DNA of 64,000 nucleotides from Flavobacteriales bacterium (GTDB lineage: Bacteria; Bacteroidota; Bacteroidia; Flavobacteriales; BACL11). Made by a program: the position numbers and the translations under genes. Within the stretch, counting starts at the first letter, position 1, and each line of letters starts with the position of its first letter. Positions 60,387 through 64,000 of the stretch are shown in pieces. The stretch is taken from NCBI GenBank assembly GCA_018647945.1, contig JABGSE010000077.1, positions 1,751 to 65,750 on the forward strand. Direction: 5' to 3'. The notes below the pieces were generated by a model. That model saw only the letters and a program-made list of their open reading frames with translations, had not been told where the DNA came from and made no database searches.

Positions 60387-62147
60387 ATGGCAGCAGGAAA
60401 ATTGTCACCAAGACAAAAGATGATTAACATGATGTATTTAGTGCTTACAGCATTACTTGCATTAAATGTTTCTAAGGAGGTTCTGAACTCTTTCTTTGAG
60501 GTGAATTTAGGAATTGTGAAAACTACTGAAAGTCTTAGTGATAAGAATAATGATATCTATTCTGATTTTACAAATGCAACAAATCAAGTAAAAGTAAAAC
60601 CTTACAAAGATTTAGCATTTCAAATAAAACCAGAATCTGATAAGTTGGTTGAAATGATTCAGGAGATGAAGTATTCACTTGTTTTAGCTGTTGATAAAAA
60701 AGTGTATTTAGGTCAGTATTTAGATGATGAAGGAGAACCAATTGAAGATAATGCTATAGAAAGTGAGTATACTGATTTGACTCCATCACAAAAGAAAATG
60801 AAAATTGCTGAGCTTAGCAATAAGGAAGATAGAGACGCTTCCTCTGATTTATTTAATCCTGAAAATAAGCAAGGTGCCGCAAGGATTTTAGATAAGAATG
60901 GTAATGGATTAGCAACTCAATTGAGAGGAAATGTAGAATCGTTTAGAGTATTGTTGTCAAATATTTTGAAAACAGCTGAGGATTCTAGTTGGATAAAACA
61001 AGGTTCATCAGAATCATTAATAGATGAGATTGATAAAACTCTAAAATTACATGATAATTATGGTAAGAAGAGGAATGAGTCTTGGGAGTTTTATAATTTT
61101 AATGATATGCCATCTGTAGCGGCTTTAACTATTTTATCAAAATTACAAACAGATATTAAAAATATGGAATCTGAGGTTATCGCATTCTTAGCTACAAATA
61201 TTGATGCGTCTTCATTGAAATTTACTTCTGCAGAGGCTATTACAATTCCTAAAACAAATTTTGTTTCAAGGGGAGATGAATTTACAGCTGATATCTTTTT
61301 GACTGCAAAAGACAAAACACAAACTCCAGAAATTTATATAGGAGATTATGATTCTACTTTAGGTTCAAATGGAGATTATGTATACACAATGAAAGATCCT
61401 TCTTTAGAACCTTTGGAAGTTGTAAATGGTAAAGGTATTTACAAACAGAAAACAAGTACTGAAGGAGAGAAGAAGTGGAGAGGTATTCTTAAAATGATTA
61501 CTGATAATGGAATAAAAACATTTCCATTTAGTGGTTCATATTTAGTAGCTAACAGAATGGCTGTTGTTTCTCCTACAAAAATGAATCTCTTTTATTTGAA
61601 AGTGGATAATCCAGTTCAGGTATCTGTACCTGGTTTTCAGGCTTCTGACTTAACCGTTTCTATTACTAATGGAACAATAAAAGCAACTAAGAAGTCGAAA
61701 GGAGAATATAATGTTGTACCATCAAAACTAGGAAAATCTGTTATTTCAGTTTATGTTATGAAAGATGGAAAGAAAGTTAAAATGGGTTTTATGGATTTTA
61801 GAGTGAAATCAGTTCCTCCGCCAATTGCTACCATTGATAAAAAAGAAGGTGGAGTAATTAGTAAAAGTATGATGTTGGCTTCAGGAGGTTTGGTTGCAGA
61901 GTTAAGAGATTTTGAATTTGAGGGAGTTAGGTTTAAGGTGATTGCTTATACATTGACAACTACATATCAAGGAGATCAAGTTAATGAAAAAGTGAAGGGA
62001 GCTCAGTTTACTCCAAAAATGAAAAAAGTAATTAAAAACACAAGTTCAGGAAGTAAAATAACAATTTCTGACATTAAAGCAAGGAGGTCAGATGTTAAAG
62101 GATTACCAGCTAGGAATTTGCCTCCTGCGGTATTTACAATAAAATAA
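60387..62147 (+). CDS. gldM: T9SS/gliding motor subunit GldM
   Basis: SPRQKMINMMYLVLTALLALNVSKEVL, LSKLQTDI, KMNLFY..VDNP, FRVK.VP.P. Confidence 0.96.
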   Translation: MAAGKLSPRQKMINMMYLVLTALLALNVSKEVLNSFFEVNLGIVKTTESLSDKNNDIYSDFTNATNQVKVKPYKDLAFQIKPESDKLVEMIQEMKYSLVLAVDKKVYLGQYLDDEGEPIEDNAIESEYTDLTPSQKKMKIAELSNKEDRDASSDLFNPENKQGAARILDKNGNGLATQLRGNVESFRVLLSNILKTAEDSSWIKQGSSESLIDEIDKTLKLHDNYGKKRNESWEFYNFNDMPSVAALTILSKLQTDIKNMESEVIAFLATNIDASSLKFTSAEAITIPKTNFVSRGDEFTADIFLTAKDKTQTPEIYIGDYDSTLGSNGDYVYTMKDPSLEPLEVVNGKGIYKQKTSTEGEKKWRGILKMITDNGIKTFPFSGSYLVANRMAVVSPTKMNLFYLKVDNPVQVSVPGFQASDLTVSITNGTIKATKKSKGEYNVVPSKLGKSVISVYVMKDGKKVKMGFMDFRVKSVPPPIATIDKKEGGVISKSMMLASGGLVAELRDFEFEGVRFKVIAYTLTTTYQGDQVNEKVKGAQFTPKMKKVIKNTSSGSKITISDIKARRSDVKGLPARNLPPAVFTIK

Positions 62148-62165
62148 TTTATAAAATAATTTATT

Positions 62166-63029
62166 ATGAAAAGAATAGTATTAGTTCTCGTATCGGTTTT
62201 AACAGTTTTAGGTTCTTCTTATGCTCAAAATGTACTTGATGGTGTATATGAAAAAGAACACTTTACTGAAAGAATCCCTCAAAAGTATCCTGCTTTAAGA
62301 GAAGCAGATGTAATGTGGAGTAGAAAAGTTTGGAGAGAAATTGATTTAAGACAAAAAATAAATCATCCTTTTTATTATCCAGCCGTTGCTCCAGGACAAG
62401 AAACTGTAAACGACAGAAAAAGTTTAATAGATGTAGTGATGAACGCTATTTTGGAAGGCAGTATTATTGCTTACGGAAATGCTGTTTATGATGATGAGTT
62501 TAAAACTCCTATGACTCAAGAAGAAATTGATGCAATTGGTGGAGCTAAACAAGAAGTAAAAAGGGTATATGATTGGGCAAAAGATGATGGATCGGAAAAA
62601 GACACTTTAATTGTTGAAGAATTTGACAGAACATCTGTAAAGATGTGGAGGGTAAAAGAAGAATGGTTTTTTGACAAGCAAAGATCTGTAATGGATCAAA
62701 GAATTATTGGTTTATGTCCTTTGAAAGAAGCAAAAGATGAGTTTGGTGATTTAACAGGTGGATACGAACCATTATTTTGGATTTATTTCCCAGATTCTAG
62801 AGGTGTTTTTGCAAATGCAGAAGTTTTTAATATGATGAAGAATGATGCTGAAAGAAGAACTTATGATGATATTTTCTGGAAAAGAATGTTTAGTAGTTAC
62901 ATTATTAAGGAAGCGAATGTAATGGACAGAAAAATCCAATCGTACATGATTGGATTGGACGCTCTTTTGGAATCTGAAAGAATTAAATCGGAAATATTTA
63001 ATATTGAACATGATCTGTGGGAGTATTAA
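62166..63029 (+). CDS. gldN: T9SS/gliding protein GldN
   Basis: READVMWSRKVWREIDL..KINHP.YYP, WFFDKQRS, LFWIYFP, EHDLWEY. Confidence 0.96.
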   Translation: MKRIVLVLVSVLTVLGSSYAQNVLDGVYEKEHFTERIPQKYPALREADVMWSRKVWREIDLRQKINHPFYYPAVAPGQETVNDRKSLIDVVMNAILEGSIIAYGNAVYDDEFKTPMTQEEIDAIGGAKQEVKRVYDWAKDDGSEKDTLIVEEFDRTSVKMWRVKEEWFFDKQRSVMDQRIIGLCPLKEAKDEFGDLTGGYEPLFWIYFPDSRGVFANAEVFNMMKNDAERRTYDDIFWKRMFSSYIIKEANVMDRKIQSYMIGLDALLESERIKSEIFNIEHDLWEY

Positions 63030-63049
63030 TAAGAAATATATAAAAGATT

Positions 63050-63074
63050 AAAACCCCATATTTTGGGGTTTTTT
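63050..63074 (+). terminator. Intrinsic terminator after gldN
   Basis: AAAACCCCA-TATTT-TGGGGTTTTTT. Confidence 0.9.
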
Positions 63075-63109
63075 GATATATTAACAATTATATTTGCAAA
63101 AAAATAACA

Positions 63110-63961
63110 ATGATGAATAAAGAAGTAAGTTTAGAACAGATTATGTCAGATATTATCATGTTTTTTGACAGGAACAAAAAACTAATAATTTCAATTACTT
63201 TAACTGGTGTTTTAATAATAGTTTTATTTCAGAAATTCAAACCAGCGTATTATGCTACTTCAGCTATTGTTACCTCAGGTATTTCTGCTTACGAAAGAAT
63301 TCCAGAAGATGAAGATGTTTTAAATCAAAGAACTGCAATTAATTTGATTAACAATTTACAGCTGGATGTAAAGAAGGAGGATTACTCTTCTTTATCTTAT
63401 AAATTAAATATATCCAATGAGCAAGCTACAAATATAAAATTCATTGAAGCCGAACAACTTTTAAGACAAGATAAAGACGAAAAGTTTCATAATACTCCTA
63501 AATTTCAAATTAATTTACTAGTAAGAGATGCTAGTATTATTACTGAAATTCAGGATGGATTGTTGTATTATTTTAATACAAACCCTTATGTTTTGAAGTA
63601 TAAAAATGAATATAGTAAATCTAATTTTGAAATAATTAATTCAATAGAAAAAGAAATTGCAGAATTAAAAACTCTTAGAGTAGACTCAAAATCAAATATT
63701 GACATGAGTACTTTCAGAGTCTTTTCAAATAAAGACAATACTGAAATTCAGAATCCAATAATTGATTTAGTACACAAAAAACAAGAAGTAAAAACTCAGG
63801 GTTTGCTCAACCCTTTGGATTATGTTAAAGGTTTTACTAGAACAGAAGTAGCTGAAAGAGAGGTATTGGTTTGGGGGTCCACTGTAGGGATTTTATCATT
63901 CTTTTTATCTTTGATAATTGCTTTGGTAAGAGAGGTGCAATCGAAAGCACTAAAAAAATAA
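63110..63961 (+). CDS. Wzz-like polysaccharide chain-length/co-polymerase protein
   Basis: N- and C-terminal TM segments flank a coiled-coil periplasmic region; precedes a nucleotide-sugar dehydrogenase; -7 element TATATTTG at 63089-63096. Confidence 0.55.
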   Translation: MMNKEVSLEQIMSDIIMFFDRNKKLIISITLTGVLIIVLFQKFKPAYYATSAIVTSGISAYERIPEDEDVLNQRTAINLINNLQLDVKKEDYSSLSYKLNISNEQATNIKFIEAEQLLRQDKDEKFHNTPKFQINLLVRDASIITEIQDGLLYYFNTNPYVLKYKNEYSKSNFEIINSIEKEIAELKTLRVDSKSNIDMSTFRVFSNKDNTEIQNPIIDLVHKKQEVKTQGLLNPLDYVKGFTRTEVAEREVLVWGSTVGILSFFLSLIIALVREVQSKALKK

Positions 63962-63965
63962 ATAA

Positions 63966-64000
63966 ATGAAGGTAGGAATTATAGGTTCTGGATATGTAGG
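63966..64000 (+). CDS. UDP-glucose/GDP-mannose dehydrogenase family (5' fragment)
   Basis: MKVGIIGSGYVG Rossmann-fold start. Confidence 0.7.
   Translation, partial: MKVGIIGSGYV

Overview
Very AT-rich (roughly 30% GC by eye), densely packed core-genome segment of a Bacteroidota bacterium, most likely an aquatic Flavobacteriales lineage. The evidence is the gld/T9SS genes, TAnnTTTG -7 promoters, A-rich translation starts without Shine-Dalgarno sequences, and an FtsZ ending in FLHDNVD. The window holds prfB (partial), recX, HU-bS22-RNase G, mutY-ssb-gldE-gldD, heme A synthase, an M43 protease, rplU-rpmA, serS, recQ, kdsD-tatC-lptB, pssA-purS, a PorV-like gene with lnt, nadE, gldB-gldC, engB, the dcw cluster (mraZ to ftsZ), miaB-bEBP-lptE-TPR-secG-groES-groEL, topA, porP-gldKLMN and the start of a polysaccharide locus. 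I saw no tRNA, rRNA, CRISPR array, transposase or phage gene. The most interesting signals are small-scale. (1) An accessory slot between ftsZ and groEL carries a signal-peptide gene plus a truncated paralog of the same 5' end, fused to half of the groEL terminator. (2) A sigma54-type promoter sits before groES, with TGACA boxes also found in front of the operon encoding a sensor-less sigma54 activator, suggesting a chaperone regulatory circuit. (3) prfB lacks its programmed frameshift. (4) Several genes look leaderless. (5) There is an unannotated bS22 gene, a shortened T9SS-like C-terminal domain, a GldD without a lipobox, and an arginase-fold pseudoenzyme next to the T9SS motor genes. All annotation is by motif recognition; no searches were run.
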